A stretch of DNA of 64,000 nucleotides from a virus (Duplodnaviria > Caudoviricetes): positions 1 to 64,000 of the IMG/VR virus record IMGVR_UViG_3300028591_000083; one strand, 5' to 3'. Positions 1 to 10,704 of this stretch are shown here, one piece after another. The notes under the pieces are model-generated. The model did no database searches and was not told where the DNA came from. It saw only the letters and a list, made by a program, of their open reading frames with translations. Positions within the stretch are counted from its first letter, which is position 1. The number at the start of each line of letters is the position of its first letter. The translations under genes were made by a program, and so were the position numbers.

Positions 1-92
1 CCTGTGATATGAATTGTTCCATTATACGTTTCCTTCAAACATTGTTGAAGGTATCTTATTACTAGGTTTTTATCTTCAAAATTTGCTTTCAT
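1..92 (-). CDS. 5' part of gene downstream of tape measure (runs off window)
   Basis: ATG at 92 preceded by GGAGGT SD; frame MKANFEDKNLVIRYLQQCLKETY... is open to the window edge. Confidence 0.6.
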   Translation of the reverse strand, partial: MKANFEDKNLVIRYLQQCLKETYNGTIHIT

Positions 93-110
93 AACAAGAT
101 ACCTCCAATC

Positions 111-3100
111 TTATCTATATGATGTACTTGTTTGAGTTACATCAGAATTCATATTTAGAAATGCATTTGAAATTCCAACTCCTAGAGGATTTGTATATCT
201 TCCTCTATTCATAGATGTTAGAACATCAAGTATTTTATTTAGAACATCTACAAGAGAATTTGTTTGAGAACTGATTTCATCTTTCACTCCGGAACTTCCA
301 GAAGAAGGATTAGAACTATAAGTATTATAAGTATTAGTTACAGCTTCTACTAGATCAGGAACTATTGTATTATATACTTCTGCTTCTCTTTTTGTTAATA
401 CTCGTTCTCCTGTGTGTAGGATTGCTTCGTACCCGTCACTAGGAACTCTTGTTATACCGGATGCAAACTTTCCTTTATACAGTGCAGGATCATATGGGAA
501 TCTTCCTCCTGTTTTTGGAAGATTTGGAACGCCGTCTTTTAGATTTGTGCTTGAAAGAACTTCAATAGGAAGATTTTTGGCAGTGTCAGTAGTATATGCT
601 TTACGGAATTCATCAGATATATACATATTGTAAATATCCATAGGCTCTTCTGACTTTGAAAGATCCTTCGCATATCCCCAATATCTGTGGAATTTATCGT
701 TTGCACTGTTGTATTTATCAACCCATGAAGCGTGCTCAGACAATAATGCCTCAACATTACTTACCTGTTCGTTGGTTGCATCAGAGCCGAGTAAAGATTT
801 GATAATATCACTTCGTGATCTTCCGTCACCGTATGCTTCTTCCAGTTTAACTTGTTCTGCAACTTTGTCTAGGAAACCTATATTTCCTTCTGCTTCAAAA
901 GAAGATAATGCGTGTGCATAATTTGCAGAAACACCTGATTCATCAAGTGTTGAATCTCCTAAATAAAGTTCTCCACCCTTTGTTGTGAGTTTTCCAAGAG
1001 TTGTAAGGGCAGACACATTTCCAGAACGCCAACTTGCAGCTCTTCCTTGAACTTCGGAAGCTGCTTTTTCATACTCAGCGTGTTTCTGTTTTTCATAAAG
1101 TTGCCGTTTATACATCTTTCTAAGATCATCAGTTGATTTATCAGAAATAGATGAATAATCATATCCAAAGTCTTGAACAAGTGACATTGCTAAATTTGTT
1201 TTATCTAGTTTATCTGATGCTTTGATAAGTTCTTCTATTGCTTGAATTTGTTTGTCTGAGGCATCGACTTGTTTTTCATAAGAATCTGCTAAATTCTTAT
1301 TTTCATCACCAAGTTTATTCAATGCTTTTTCATACATTGTTTCTGTAATAGAATCTCCTGCGTGTGCTCCTATTTCTTTTCCTATCTTCAAAGCACCGCC
1401 CCAAAGCTCTCCCATGATATATCCTGCTATCGGACCTCCAACAGCACCACCAATCATTTCACCAGAAGATTTCCAAGCATTTTCATCAAGAATTGTCTGT
1501 TGTATTGTTTCTCCTACATCAACAGCACCTTGTTCATCGTATACAACATTGTCTCCGACTGTTTTAAACAGATTAAAAGCACCATATCCTGCCATTCCTA
1601 CTCTACCAACAGTTCCGGCAGTAGTACCTCTTGCACCTGTCAAGAAATCAAAACCAACATTTCCAGTTGATTTACCGTAAGACCAACTAGAAACTCCACC
1701 TCCGGCAGCAGGTGTTCCTGCTGTTCCACCGCCAGTTGGAAGTTGTGTTCCAGTAGTAGGAGATCCACCTCTACCTGAAAACAAAGATTTACTTCCTTGT
1801 GCTACTAGAGTTCCTAAAAGACCTATCATGCTTTTAACGCCTGATTTAACAGCTTCAACTTCTTTTAGAACAAGTTTATCTCCCTCGTATATCTTTTCAG
1901 CCTGTACTGCTTGTTCATACATTGCGTTTTCACGTTCTGTATTTGTTTTTTCTGTTTCAGATACATATTTTTGTAATCCTTTATAAATGTTCTCGGTGTT
2001 GTCTGTCAGTTGTTCTGTACTCATTTTCTTTACGTCAATCTTGAAATTGCTGCTTTGTAGTCTTCTGAGTGTATCTGCATCAGTTCCAAGACCTAACGCA
2101 CTACTAATAGCAGAAAGTTGTGTTATATCAGCATTACCCATATATGTATTTAATGAATCTAAGAACATTTCTGCTATCTGCTCATTTGAATAACCTGCAA
2201 GTGTTTGAGCACTTAAATCTCTATTATGTAAAACAGCTTGCCATACAGGTAGATTTTGAATATCTTGTGTTCTTATCTCAGTAACTATTTGTTGCATGAA
2301 GCTAGGATCAATGCCAATAGTTTGCAATCCACCAGCAATACCAACAGCTTCCTGCATATTACTTGCAATAACATCAAGACTTTGTTGATTTGTTATTCCG
2401 TTCTTTAGTTCATTATTTATAAGAGTGTCAATTCCACCGTTTACAAATGCAATATCCTGACCTAGTTCATCTCTTTGATACTGAACAGCAGCTTCAATTT
2501 GGTCAATAACATTTAGTATATCGTTAAGTTCATCACCTGACTGAACTCTTGTCATGATATTAGAAAGCATTTCTTCATTAAGAAGATTGATAGAACTTCC
2601 GGCAGCTTTTAACTTTGCTTGTTCTAGTGCTATCTCTGTCATCATTTTTTCATTTGTGATTCCTGCTGCTGACAAAGAAACTAATGCTTCATTAACTTCA
2701 ACATTAGAAATTGCGCCAGTGAGTCCTTCTGCTTCAATTCTTTCATGAATTGTATCTTGGATACTTTCAAATGCTCCGGCATCTAATTTACTTCTAGCAG
2801 AAATACTATTTCGTGTGGTTTCAATAGATTGATAAACTCGGCTAAATCCTTCTATAAATGAATCAAGGTATTTATCTTGTAGATGGTCTAATTGACCTGT
2901 AAGCATATTCATTCCAGTGCTAATAAGAGTACCTTTAACACCTGATGTAAAATTTCTTACAGCATTTGTTAGTGGAGTTAGATTTTCAAGATACTTCTTT
3001 TGTTTTTCTGCAACTCCGAGTTGTTTTTGAAGTAGAACTTTTTCGTTGTCATCCGCCGATTCCATCTTCTCTAGTATAGCATTTATTGATTCTTCAACGG

Positions 3101-3860
3101 ACTTCTTTGTTTCACTTACTTCTTTTGCAAAGTCTTCAGCATAGCTTAATTTTTCTTGCTCTTTCGATAATTTTTGAAGATATGTGCTTTGAAAATGTGT
3201 TCCACTTCCAACCGTAGATAATTTTTTAATATTGTCTGAGAGTTGTTTTTGATGTGATTCATAATTATCAATAGTTGATTTTAATTTTGCTAATTCTTCT
3301 CCAAGATCATCAACTGCTTCTTGTGTTGCATCCGTTATATTTGTATTGTTAGTTATGTTGATCCCAAGCTGATTTAATAGATCTGTGAGTTTATTTAGAC
3401 TTCCAGCTTCATTGTTTTGATAAGCGTTATACCTTTCTTGTAATAACTCTAATTTATTTGTATAGTCTGCTATCTTCCCTAAAGCACTATCAGCGGCGGC
3501 TCTTGTATTTTCTTTCTTACCTTGCTTATTACTATATGTTAGATATCCTAACACTTTCTCTGAGGATACTTGAGATTCTTTTGCATTCTTTATTAAAGTT
3601 TCCAATGCCTTTTCAACATTCTTATTTTCTTTTCTTCTCTGACGTTCCTCTTGTAATTCTCTTTCTGTATTACCATTAAGTTTTTCTAGTAACTTTGATT
3701 GACCACCTAATGATTTAGATATTTGTGCAAGCTGTGTCTCAATAGAACCCATTGTGGTGTTTAATTTCATAACAAATTCATTCAATTTGTTGGCATCTTG
3801 AGTATAACCATTACTCATTGGATTACCTTGATTATTCTCTAAAGCCATATTGTTCACCAC
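111..3860 (-). CDS. tail tape measure protein
   Basis: 1249 aa, helical/coiled-coil, Gly-rich middle, C-terminal FASGITRVPSDGYEAILHTGERVLT motif typical of TMPs; follows tube and chaperone genes. Confidence 0.75.
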   Translation of the reverse strand: MVNNMALENNQGNPMSNGYTQDANKLNEFVMKLNTTMGSIETQLAQISKSLGGQSKLLEKLNGNTERELQEERQRRKENKNVEKALETLIKNAKESQVSSEKVLGYLTYSNKQGKKENTRAAADSALGKIADYTNKLELLQERYNAYQNNEAGSLNKLTDLLNQLGINITNNTNITDATQEAVDDLGEELAKLKSTIDNYESHQKQLSDNIKKLSTVGSGTHFQSTYLQKLSKEQEKLSYAEDFAKEVSETKKSVEESINAILEKMESADDNEKVLLQKQLGVAEKQKKYLENLTPLTNAVRNFTSGVKGTLISTGMNMLTGQLDHLQDKYLDSFIEGFSRVYQSIETTRNSISARSKLDAGAFESIQDTIHERIEAEGLTGAISNVEVNEALVSLSAAGITNEKMMTEIALEQAKLKAAGSSINLLNEEMLSNIMTRVQSGDELNDILNVIDQIEAAVQYQRDELGQDIAFVNGGIDTLINNELKNGITNQQSLDVIASNMQEAVGIAGGLQTIGIDPSFMQQIVTEIRTQDIQNLPVWQAVLHNRDLSAQTLAGYSNEQIAEMFLDSLNTYMGNADITQLSAISSALGLGTDADTLRRLQSSNFKIDVKKMSTEQLTDNTENIYKGLQKYVSETEKTNTERENAMYEQAVQAEKIYEGDKLVLKEVEAVKSGVKSMIGLLGTLVAQGSKSLFSGRGGSPTTGTQLPTGGGTAGTPAAGGGVSSWSYGKSTGNVGFDFLTGARGTTAGTVGRVGMAGYGAFNLFKTVGDNVVYDEQGAVDVGETIQQTILDENAWKSSGEMIGGAVGGPIAGYIMGELWGGALKIGKEIGAHAGDSITETMYEKALNKLGDENKNLADSYEKQVDASDKQIQAIEELIKASDKLDKTNLAMSLVQDFGYDYSSISDKSTDDLRKMYKRQLYEKQKHAEYEKAASEVQGRAASWRSGNVSALTTLGKLTTKGGELYLGDSTLDESGVSANYAHALSSFEAEGNIGFLDKVAEQVKLEEAYGDGRSRSDIIKSLLGSDATNEQVSNVEALLSEHASWVDKYNSANDKFHRYWGYAKDLSKSEEPMDIYNMYISDEFRKAYTTDTAKNLPIEVLSSTNLKDGVPNLPKTGGRFPYDPALYKGKFASGITRVPSDGYEAILHTGERVLTKREAEVYNTIVPDLVEAVTNTYNTYSSNPSSGSSGVKDEISSQTNSLVDVLNKILDVLTSMNRGRYTNPLGVGISNAFLNMNSDVTQTSTSYR

Positions 3861-3866
3861 CTAAAA

Positions 3867-4112
3867 TTATTTTTTACCAAACATTTGTCTTTGTCTGGCT
3901 TGTTCTCTTGCTTCTTCAATAGCTTTCTTCTTTGCATCGTCAGCTCTTTGAAGTTCATGTAAATATACTTTTCTATCATTTATTGGCATCTTATCTAATT
4001 CTGAAACTGTAATTGATCCTTTGGACAACCAAGCAATAACTAGCTTTTCTCTTAATATTTCTTCATATTTCCAAGAAAGCATTTGTTCATAAGTCATTCC
4101 TTCTTTAGTCAT
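3867..4112 (-). CDS. tail/baseplate hub assembly chaperone (T4 gp51-like or second TAC ORF)
   Basis: 81 aa, ELDKMPINDRKVYL motif, between hub/chaperone gene and TMP. Confidence 0.55.
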   Translation of the reverse strand: MTKEGMTYEQMLSWKYEEILREKLVIAWLSKGSITVSELDKMPINDRKVYLHELQRADDAKKKAIEEAREQARQRQMFGKK

Positions 4113-4881
4113 CCAAGCAGGGTCGAAAAAACTCTCTGTCTGGTTTTAGAATCCAATAGGCACTTCCATCACATCCCATTTGATTCTCACAATCAGTAAA
4201 GTTTACTCGTACTACACCGAAAGAATACTTTTCAACTTTATCGTGATATACAACAGAATCTCCGGCAACCATAGTTTTTGTATAGTCTTCGGCGGTAACA
4301 AAATCAAGTTCCTTACCGTTGACAGTAAGAATTCTTCTTTCCATTTCAAGTCTATATGTTGGATCACTTTTCATCATTGGATTCTTTGCTTGCATTACTT
4401 TCTTCTTCTTTTCAATATCAATGATATCTTTTACACGCAAAAATCTACAACCCAATGTATCTCCGCTAATTGGTAGTGGATCAAGTTCATAAGGTTCACT
4501 GAAATCTTCCGGAACAAGATTATATACCAGTTCAGAAAGATCAACCTTCTTAATAAATTGTAATCCGCACTTCGGACAAGTGCAAATAGTTTTATACATC
4601 TTACCATAAGACATAATTCTTAATTTCACGCAACACGCAAAGAAGTCAAAATCAGTAAAAGATGAACTATCAATAATATAAGAACCGTCTTGTTTTTTAT
4701 TATTGACAATACATTCATTTACGATTTGTGACATTGTTTGGAAAAATGATTCTCCACTTAGACGCATACTTTCTTCTTCTGTTGTCATTGCTCTAAGAGT
4801 AATGTTTCCATCAAATGAATCACCATAAATGTGAGATGCTGCACTAGGTAGAACAAGTGCTTCTGTGATTAGATTAGCCAT
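4105..4881 (-). CDS. T4 gp26-like baseplate hub / tail assembly chaperone
   Basis: LPS...ITLRAMTTEEE...KLRIMSYG...CPKCG pattern; directly after tail tube. Confidence 0.65.
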   Translation of the reverse strand: MANLITEALVLPSAASHIYGDSFDGNITLRAMTTEEESMRLSGESFFQTMSQIVNECIVNNKKQDGSYIIDSSSFTDFDFFACCVKLRIMSYGKMYKTICTCPKCGLQFIKKVDLSELVYNLVPEDFSEPYELDPLPISGDTLGCRFLRVKDIIDIEKKKKVMQAKNPMMKSDPTYRLEMERRILTVNGKELDFVTAEDYTKTMVAGDSVVYHDKVEKYSFGVVRVNFTDCENQMGCDGSAYWILKPDREFFRPCLDD

Positions 4882-4970
4882 AGAATTTTCCCTCCAAAAA
4901 TCTATAATCCACGTAACGTCTTAAAAAGACCGTATTTATAATGTGTTCAAACTATTAAAATTTATAAAAA

Positions 4971-5000
4971 AGTGCCATGTAAATAGTATACATGGCACTC
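4971..5000 (-). terminator. intrinsic terminator after tail tube
   Basis: AGTGCCATGT...ACATGGCACT inverted repeat followed by a T run on the minus strand. Confidence 0.65.
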
Positions 5001-5012
5001 TATATCTAATTA

Positions 5013-5582
5013 TTACTGATCCAGTGGAATAGCAACATCAACGTACAATGTAAATGTAATTTCTCTAATTGCATTGTTGTCGTTATCAAATCCACCGGGG
5101 TTAATTGTGCCGGGGAAACATCCCTGTAGCTGTGTTCTACGTACAATTTCTCCGTCTGGACTCCACTCATTCAAATATCCGTCACGCTTATAAACAGATG
5201 CTCTACCGACTTTTTCAGTTTTTGGATCATAAACAAGTCTGCTCCATGCCATAAGGATTCTTTCAGTCTGTAAACCAATAAAGTCATTAACAACGATTTC
5301 AACATCAGAATAACTAGGCTTACCAGCAAAGTTAATAGAGTTGTTACCGTAAGAAACTTTCAAAGCATCAATGTTAGTGCTAGGATATGAAACACTCTTT
5401 ACAGAAAGAGTTAGCAAATCACTTGCATTATTTGGAAGTGCGATACCTTGATCAATGGTGTATAGCTGTCCTAGACCGGGGAATACTACCTCAAAGTTAT
5501 TTGTTCTTTGAGGCTCATACTCATCCTGACCAATCATATGATAAGCACCGAGCTTCAAAGGTCCGTTAAACTGTACTGCCAT
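5013..5582 (-). CDS. tail tube protein (T4 gp19-like)
   Basis: YEPQRTNNFEV, FAGKPSY, YKRDG, LQGCFP motifs; follows sheath. Confidence 0.85.
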   Translation of the reverse strand: MAVQFNGPLKLGAYHMIGQDEYEPQRTNNFEVVFPGLGQLYTIDQGIALPNNASDLLTLSVKSVSYPSTNIDALKVSYGNNSINFAGKPSYSDVEIVVNDFIGLQTERILMAWSRLVYDPKTEKVGRASVYKRDGYLNEWSPDGEIVRRTQLQGCFPGTINPGGFDNDNNAIREITFTLYVDVAIPLDQ

Positions 5583-5602
5583 AGTAATTCACTCTCCTTT
5601 TC

Positions 5603-8119
5603 TTAGTCTTCTGGGAATAGTGCTCCGGCTTCTGTGATGATGAAGTCAATATCAAAGAACTCTGCGGTACGTGTAGGAGCAATCCATACCTTACCGGGAC
5701 ATCTGAGATGATTGATATCATCAGTAGTTACCGTAGATTCATCCATCTTGATCTTGTAATCATACACACCTTCGTTGCGCTTCATATAACGTAAGAATTC
5801 ATCCATCTGAGCGTAGAACTTCAACCACAGCGTAGAAGTATTCGGCTCAAACGCCATGTTCAAGCAAGTGTCAAAAATCTTTTTCTTAACAACATTTGCA
5901 ATCAGTCTTACATTAAGGCTTTCGAGTGCAGAATGTGTATAAAGATCAATAGCTTGAAGTGTAGTGTACTGACCGTAGATAACATATCCATACTGCTTTA
6001 GCTTCATAATTGGATTTACTCTGGAAGTGTTATCATTCTGCCAATCATTAAGAATAACAGAACCGATCTCATAATCAGGTCTTACAACTACTCTTGCAGT
6101 AGCTCTCTTAACACCGGCAGGTGGGAACCATTTCTGAGATTCTACGTTATCAATTAGATTTGAAAGGAAAGTATACAGGAAGATGTAAGAAGGAGCCATG
6201 AGAATATTCTTTCCTGCAATCGTTGGACTCTGTACCCAACACCACGGATGATGAATAGTACCATAAGAGGTATTAAGAATTCTTGAATACTCAACGATTA
6301 GCTTCTTATCATAATCATGTGGTACATCAAACAATGCAACACAATCCTGTCTTGTGTTTACAAGTTCTCTCATTGCATTATGAATTGGAGTTACCTTTGT
6401 GTAGTAAGCAGAATCAGAGTTGTATGCTCCGGATGTGGTAGGAACAGTAACATTGACAGTTTTTGGAGATGCAAAATACTTATAACCAACAGTTGCGGTT
6501 CTTGCACTCTCAGAAGCAGTGATACCAGTAACTTCACCTGTTGCATAATTAACAGTTCCGAACACAGTCTCTCCATTCTTTAGTTTTCCGCCGTCTTTTG
6601 CTGCATCCCCATATACAGTACCACCAACAGTAACAGATACAGTACCTTCACTTAGATTCTTATTTGGAATAGTAAATGTAACTGCATTTGCGGCGATTTC
6701 ATCACTCTCACCAGTAACCTTTGTTGCTGTATCAATGAGTTCTGCTTCTGTATAAACAAAACCACCAGATGTGATAAAGTCAAAGTCATAAATGTATGGA
6801 TCAGTGAAGTTCTGATATACATTTGCAATAGACTGATAGATGTTAGCAACGATTGCTGTATCTCCGTCATAAAGCTCTGACAAATACTGGTTTACATCAA
6901 GGATTGTCCAAGTGGAAGTTCCTTCATAGTAACCTTTGAATCCTGCTTGTAGTTTTGCAAGTGTCTGAGCACTATACGGGAAATCATAACCACCAGTAAG
7001 TCTTGCATCTGTATTAAATACAGAAGTTCCATTCTTGATATACTTTACAGGAATTGTTGGGAAACCAGAATATACTACAACGCCAGATTGTGCAGCAGCA
7101 TTGATATTGCTCCAAACAAGCTGTAGAGTCGTTCTAGCATCTGGTGCAGCAATGATTCTAATAAAATCAAAGTTTACATCCTCAAAGTAGTAAGGATCAT
7201 CAGGATTAGTAGAAACGCGCTTCGTTTCAAGAGTCGTTACATTGGTAACAACAGATTTATCTACTGTTTCGCCGGAAACAGGATCATAGTCATAAATCTT
7301 CTTAATATCTGCCTTGTAAACAGAAATATTTGCATACTGATAAGACTGAGATACATTTGCAGTATTGATCTGAGAAATACCAATAAGAAGATTATTACCA
7401 AAAGAACCCTTGTACTTTGCTGTAATACCGGCAATCTGAGGACAGAATGTATATCTTACAATATCATCATCTGTGAAATAATTATAAGAAACAGTATATT
7501 CATCAAATGAATCAAGACTTGCAGTAACAGTTACAACACCGGTTTTATATGCAATCGTTCCTAGTGTTTCTGTAGTGCTTGGATTCTGTGGATCTGTATA
7601 AATAAGATTTCCTGTATCCGCAGTAGAAGCAGTATCAACATATTCTTTACCGGCAATAGTAATACTAACAGTACCCTGAACAACATTCTTATTTAGGTTC
7701 TGAACAGTGCTTCCTGCTTCTGTAATTGTTTCATTCACAGGAGTTGCAAGCATCAAAGATGCAGGACAAACAGTATTTACAGATGGAGTATTTCTGTCAT
7801 CATTTGTACGTGCAAGTGTGAAACCTGCTTCATTACCATTGTTATTAACTCTAACAACAGATACAGCAGAACCCTTCTGAATTAACTGTGCTGCATAGGT
7901 TCTTGAATAATCATTCTCGATTGGATTAAACTCTGCTTCGGTATAACCGAACATTCTGTTGAAATCAGTAATGTCAGTGAAAGTACCTACAGAAGTGTCT
8001 TCGCCGTCAAAGCTAGGACCGAAAGATGCAATGATAGGAACAAGGATTTTTACCTTATCATCAGATACAACTCGTGTCACTACACTTTGATCAATTTCAT
8101 TTACTTGAATCTGAGGCAT
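5603..8119 (-). CDS. tail sheath protein (gp18-like) with two inserted beta-rich modules
   Basis: N-terminal MPQIQVNEIDQS; C-terminal WFPPAGVKRA, LNVRL, FEPN, IAPTRTAEFFDIDF sheath motifs. Confidence 0.92.
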   Translation of the reverse strand: MPQIQVNEIDQSVVTRVVSDDKVKILVPIIASFGPSFDGEDTSVGTFTDITDFNRMFGYTEAEFNPIENDYSRTYAAQLIQKGSAVSVVRVNNNGNEAGFTLARTNDDRNTPSVNTVCPASLMLATPVNETITEAGSTVQNLNKNVVQGTVSITIAGKEYVDTASTADTGNLIYTDPQNPSTTETLGTIAYKTGVVTVTASLDSFDEYTVSYNYFTDDDIVRYTFCPQIAGITAKYKGSFGNNLLIGISQINTANVSQSYQYANISVYKADIKKIYDYDPVSGETVDKSVVTNVTTLETKRVSTNPDDPYYFEDVNFDFIRIIAAPDARTTLQLVWSNINAAAQSGVVVYSGFPTIPVKYIKNGTSVFNTDARLTGGYDFPYSAQTLAKLQAGFKGYYEGTSTWTILDVNQYLSELYDGDTAIVANIYQSIANVYQNFTDPYIYDFDFITSGGFVYTEAELIDTATKVTGESDEIAANAVTFTIPNKNLSEGTVSVTVGGTVYGDAAKDGGKLKNGETVFGTVNYATGEVTGITASESARTATVGYKYFASPKTVNVTVPTTSGAYNSDSAYYTKVTPIHNAMRELVNTRQDCVALFDVPHDYDKKLIVEYSRILNTSYGTIHHPWCWVQSPTIAGKNILMAPSYIFLYTFLSNLIDNVESQKWFPPAGVKRATARVVVRPDYEIGSVILNDWQNDNTSRVNPIMKLKQYGYVIYGQYTTLQAIDLYTHSALESLNVRLIANVVKKKIFDTCLNMAFEPNTSTLWLKFYAQMDEFLRYMKRNEGVYDYKIKMDESTVTTDDINHLRCPGKVWIAPTRTAEFFDIDFIITEAGALFPED

Positions 8120-8157
8120 ATGATTTTTCCCCTTTCAAATAGTATTTTGCATTAGAA

Positions 8158-8577
8158 TTAAGAATCGAACTTCTTATTCTTCTTACCATATGTTTTCTTT
8201 GGCTGTTCCTTCTTCTCAATAACTTCATCAGAAGCAACATCCGTTTTATCTTCAAGAACTACATCTTCTGCTTTTGGAGCTTCAATGTCTTTCTTTTCAA
8301 TAACTTCGGTAAACTTAGGTTCTTCAACCTTTACAGGCTTTACTTCCTCTTTTTTGATCTCTACCTTCTTTTCTACCTTTACAACAGGCTCTGCAACAGT
8401 AACAGGTTTGTCATCAGATACTAGCTTGTAACTTACTTTGCCCTGATTGAATAGCTTTGAAAGAAATACGAAATCAGTAACATACATCAGCTTGATACTA
8501 CCGTATGCAGGAATACTAAGACCTTGAAAAATAATAGTTCTATTTGTTAGGTTTTGAATACTATACATTGTAATCAA
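8158..8577 (-). CDS. hypothetical protein, Lys/Glu-rich C-terminus
   Basis: ORF with SD, packed in the structural operon. Confidence 0.6.
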   Translation of the reverse strand: MITMYSIQNLTNRTIIFQGLSIPAYGSIKLMYVTDFVFLSKLFNQGKVSYKLVSDDKPVTVAEPVVKVEKKVEIKKEEVKPVKVEEPKFTEVIEKKDIEAPKAEDVVLEDKTDVASDEVIEKKEQPKKTYGKKNKKFDS

Positions 8578-8585
8578 TCCTCCTT

Positions 8586-9170
8586 TTATTTTCGTTTCAT
8601 CGGATGAACAGAAGCAATAATTTCTCCTTGTTTCTGTTTCTTGCTTCTAAACAAATAAGCATCGTCTACATAAAATGTTAAAGTATTTCTAAATAAAACA
8701 CCTTTATTTATGTGTTCAACCGTATCTGAATTATCTACTATATCATCATTTAGAAACATATTGAAATTGTGATCTATATCAAGACCGTATTCAAAATGCG
8801 CCTCCAATGTTGGATGTTGCGCAAAGAAGAACACAAGTTCTCTAATTATTTCATCACAAGTTTCTTGATCTACTGTAAACACATCTAACTGATATTCAAT
8901 TCTTATTGGTATGATTTGTGCATAGATATTGTTGTTTTCTCCGTCACGGCGAACAAATGATCCAATTCTTTTTGCATTAAAATTCACATCAGAATTTCTA
9001 ATAGAATATCCTAAACGTGTGGTAGATATCATTGGAAACTTTATATCGTCTTTCTGTAACTGTCCAGAAAAACGTATTGCATTTTCAACTGGGAGGATAG
9101 AAATTGTTTCATCGTTAAATATAGCTCTGAAATTATCAATAATTGCATCATCATAACTTTTGACACTCAT
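8586..9170 (-). CDS. tail terminator / sheath stabiliser (gp15-like)
   Basis: KFPMISTTR...IPIRIEYQLDVFT pattern; upstream of sheath. Confidence 0.6.
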   Translation of the reverse strand: MSVKSYDDAIIDNFRAIFNDETISILPVENAIRFSGQLQKDDIKFPMISTTRLGYSIRNSDVNFNAKRIGSFVRRDGENNNIYAQIIPIRIEYQLDVFTVDQETCDEIIRELVFFFAQHPTLEAHFEYGLDIDHNFNMFLNDDIVDNSDTVEHINKGVLFRNTLTFYVDDAYLFRSKKQKQGEIIASVHPMKRK

Positions 9171-9607
9171 GCTTTTCTATCCTCCCCCAAGATATAGTCA
9201 TAAAATAACATCACGCTATGCCCTATCCAGTGCATTGGCGGTATAATATCATTTCCATACTCTATCAATTTAATCACCTTATATAGTGATAAATTAGTAC
9301 CGTAGCATTTTATTGATTTCGGTATATAGTAATAGCAACATGAATCTCCTGTATCATATCTACATCTAAGACTATTTATAAATTGATGTGCTATGCTCAT
9401 TGCGAATTTACCATTACTGAATTTAGGAACTGTTATTCCGTGTTCTCTAAAAATGCGTTCTACATTTTCCCATTTAGACTTAAACATCTGCTCTGTAAGT
9501 ATTCCTTGAAATCTGTATAATCCTAAAGAACAAACATCTGTATATAGTTGAACTGTATTCAGTCCGGATTCTGATAAATTTTTCGGATATCGTATTTGCA
9601 TATTCAA
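9167..9607 (-). CDS. hypothetical protein
   Basis: ORF overlapping both neighbours by 4 nt. Confidence 0.6.
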   Translation of the reverse strand: MNMQIRYPKNLSESGLNTVQLYTDVCSLGLYRFQGILTEQMFKSKWENVERIFREHGITVPKFSNGKFAMSIAHQFINSLRCRYDTGDSCCYYYIPKSIKCYGTNLSLYKVIKLIEYGNDIIPPMHWIGHSVMLFYDYILGEDRKA

Positions 9608-10083
9608 TCCTCCAAATTCATAAATACATTATTTTTATCTTTGTACTTCTTTAACTTTTCCGTCTGTTTCTTTTTAAATACAGGAACTAATTTACAGACC
9701 CAACTATCTGGGAATTCTAAATTTTCTTGTATGTCAGTTATTTTGAATACTTTTTTCGGTGCCAATGGTAGTGGTGGAGTTATACTTATTCTACACCCTG
9801 CGCAAAGATTTTTAGCGTCAAATGGTAATGTTGCTATGTAAGGTTTATCGTCTGGTAATTCGGAAACCCATCCATACTTTCTTAAAGTCTGAACTTTAGG
9901 ATTTTCGTCAAAGATAATGTCCATACCAATTTCTTCTGAAAATCCTTTTGGATCTTCTTCGGCATATATTGTAAATGTCATATCTATTGGATACTGATAT
10001 ATAACGTGTATGCCTCTTAGTTTAGCCATTTCTTTGAAATATCCTCTAAACATTGTAGAATCTTTTTGAGTTAAATACCCCAT
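9604..10083 (-). CDS. putative neck/head-closure protein (gp14-like)
   Basis: FKEMAKLRGIHVIYQYP pattern; lies between gp13-like and gp15-like genes. Confidence 0.45.
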   Translation of the reverse strand: MGYLTQKDSTMFRGYFKEMAKLRGIHVIYQYPIDMTFTIYAEEDPKGFSEEIGMDIIFDENPKVQTLRKYGWVSELPDDKPYIATLPFDAKNLCAGCRISITPPLPLAPKKVFKITDIQENLEFPDSWVCKLVPVFKKKQTEKLKKYKDKNNVFMNLED

Positions 10084-10085
10084 GA

Positions 10086-10673
10086 TTATTCACCCCAAAT
10101 CAATTCTTCTGCGATTTTTGGATTGGCTTGAATATAATTCAGCCATGCTTTAGCAGCAGCAGGAACCCATCTTTTACCATACAAAACTGAAAGAATATGC
10201 TTACATACATATCCTCTGTTGTTATTTACATTTCGTACCTTTGGAGCTACATCTTGTTTAGGTCCGTATTTTCCGTCTACATCTGGTCTGGATAGCCAAT
10301 AGTCAAATCTATATTTGAAATCGTCACAAGTGCAAGCTACCTGTAAATCTTCTGAATCTAACGCTTTAGATAAGCACTTAGTAAGAAGATTCAGTGTAAG
10401 TCGCTTCCACCTATTGTTACCAGACCAACTACGAACCTCATTATACAGGTTTTGAAATGCACCCTCGAATGAAATTGTAACAATGTAATCTCCAACTCTG
10501 GAACGCCAAACAAATGAATCATTAGTAAACAGTTCTTCAAAATCAACATTGTTAAAGTCTTTAGCTCTATAAAACTTCTTCTTCATAAAGCGTTCCGGAG
10601 ATTCCCTTTGAGAGCGTCTTATAATCTCCCATCTAGTTATTTCATTCAAGGGCGTTTTATCATGGTTTCTCAT
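10086..10673 (-). CDS. SWIM-type zinc-finger protein
   Basis: CTCDDFKYRF...CKH motif. Confidence 0.6.
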   Translation of the reverse strand: MRNHDKTPLNEITRWEIIRRSQRESPERFMKKKFYRAKDFNNVDFEELFTNDSFVWRSRVGDYIVTISFEGAFQNLYNEVRSWSGNNRWKRLTLNLLTKCLSKALDSEDLQVACTCDDFKYRFDYWLSRPDVDGKYGPKQDVAPKVRNVNNNRGYVCKHILSVLYGKRWVPAAAKAWLNYIQANPKIAEELIWGE

Positions 10674-10704
10674 AAATAAAACGCCCCTTTCTGAAATCTA
10701 TGAA

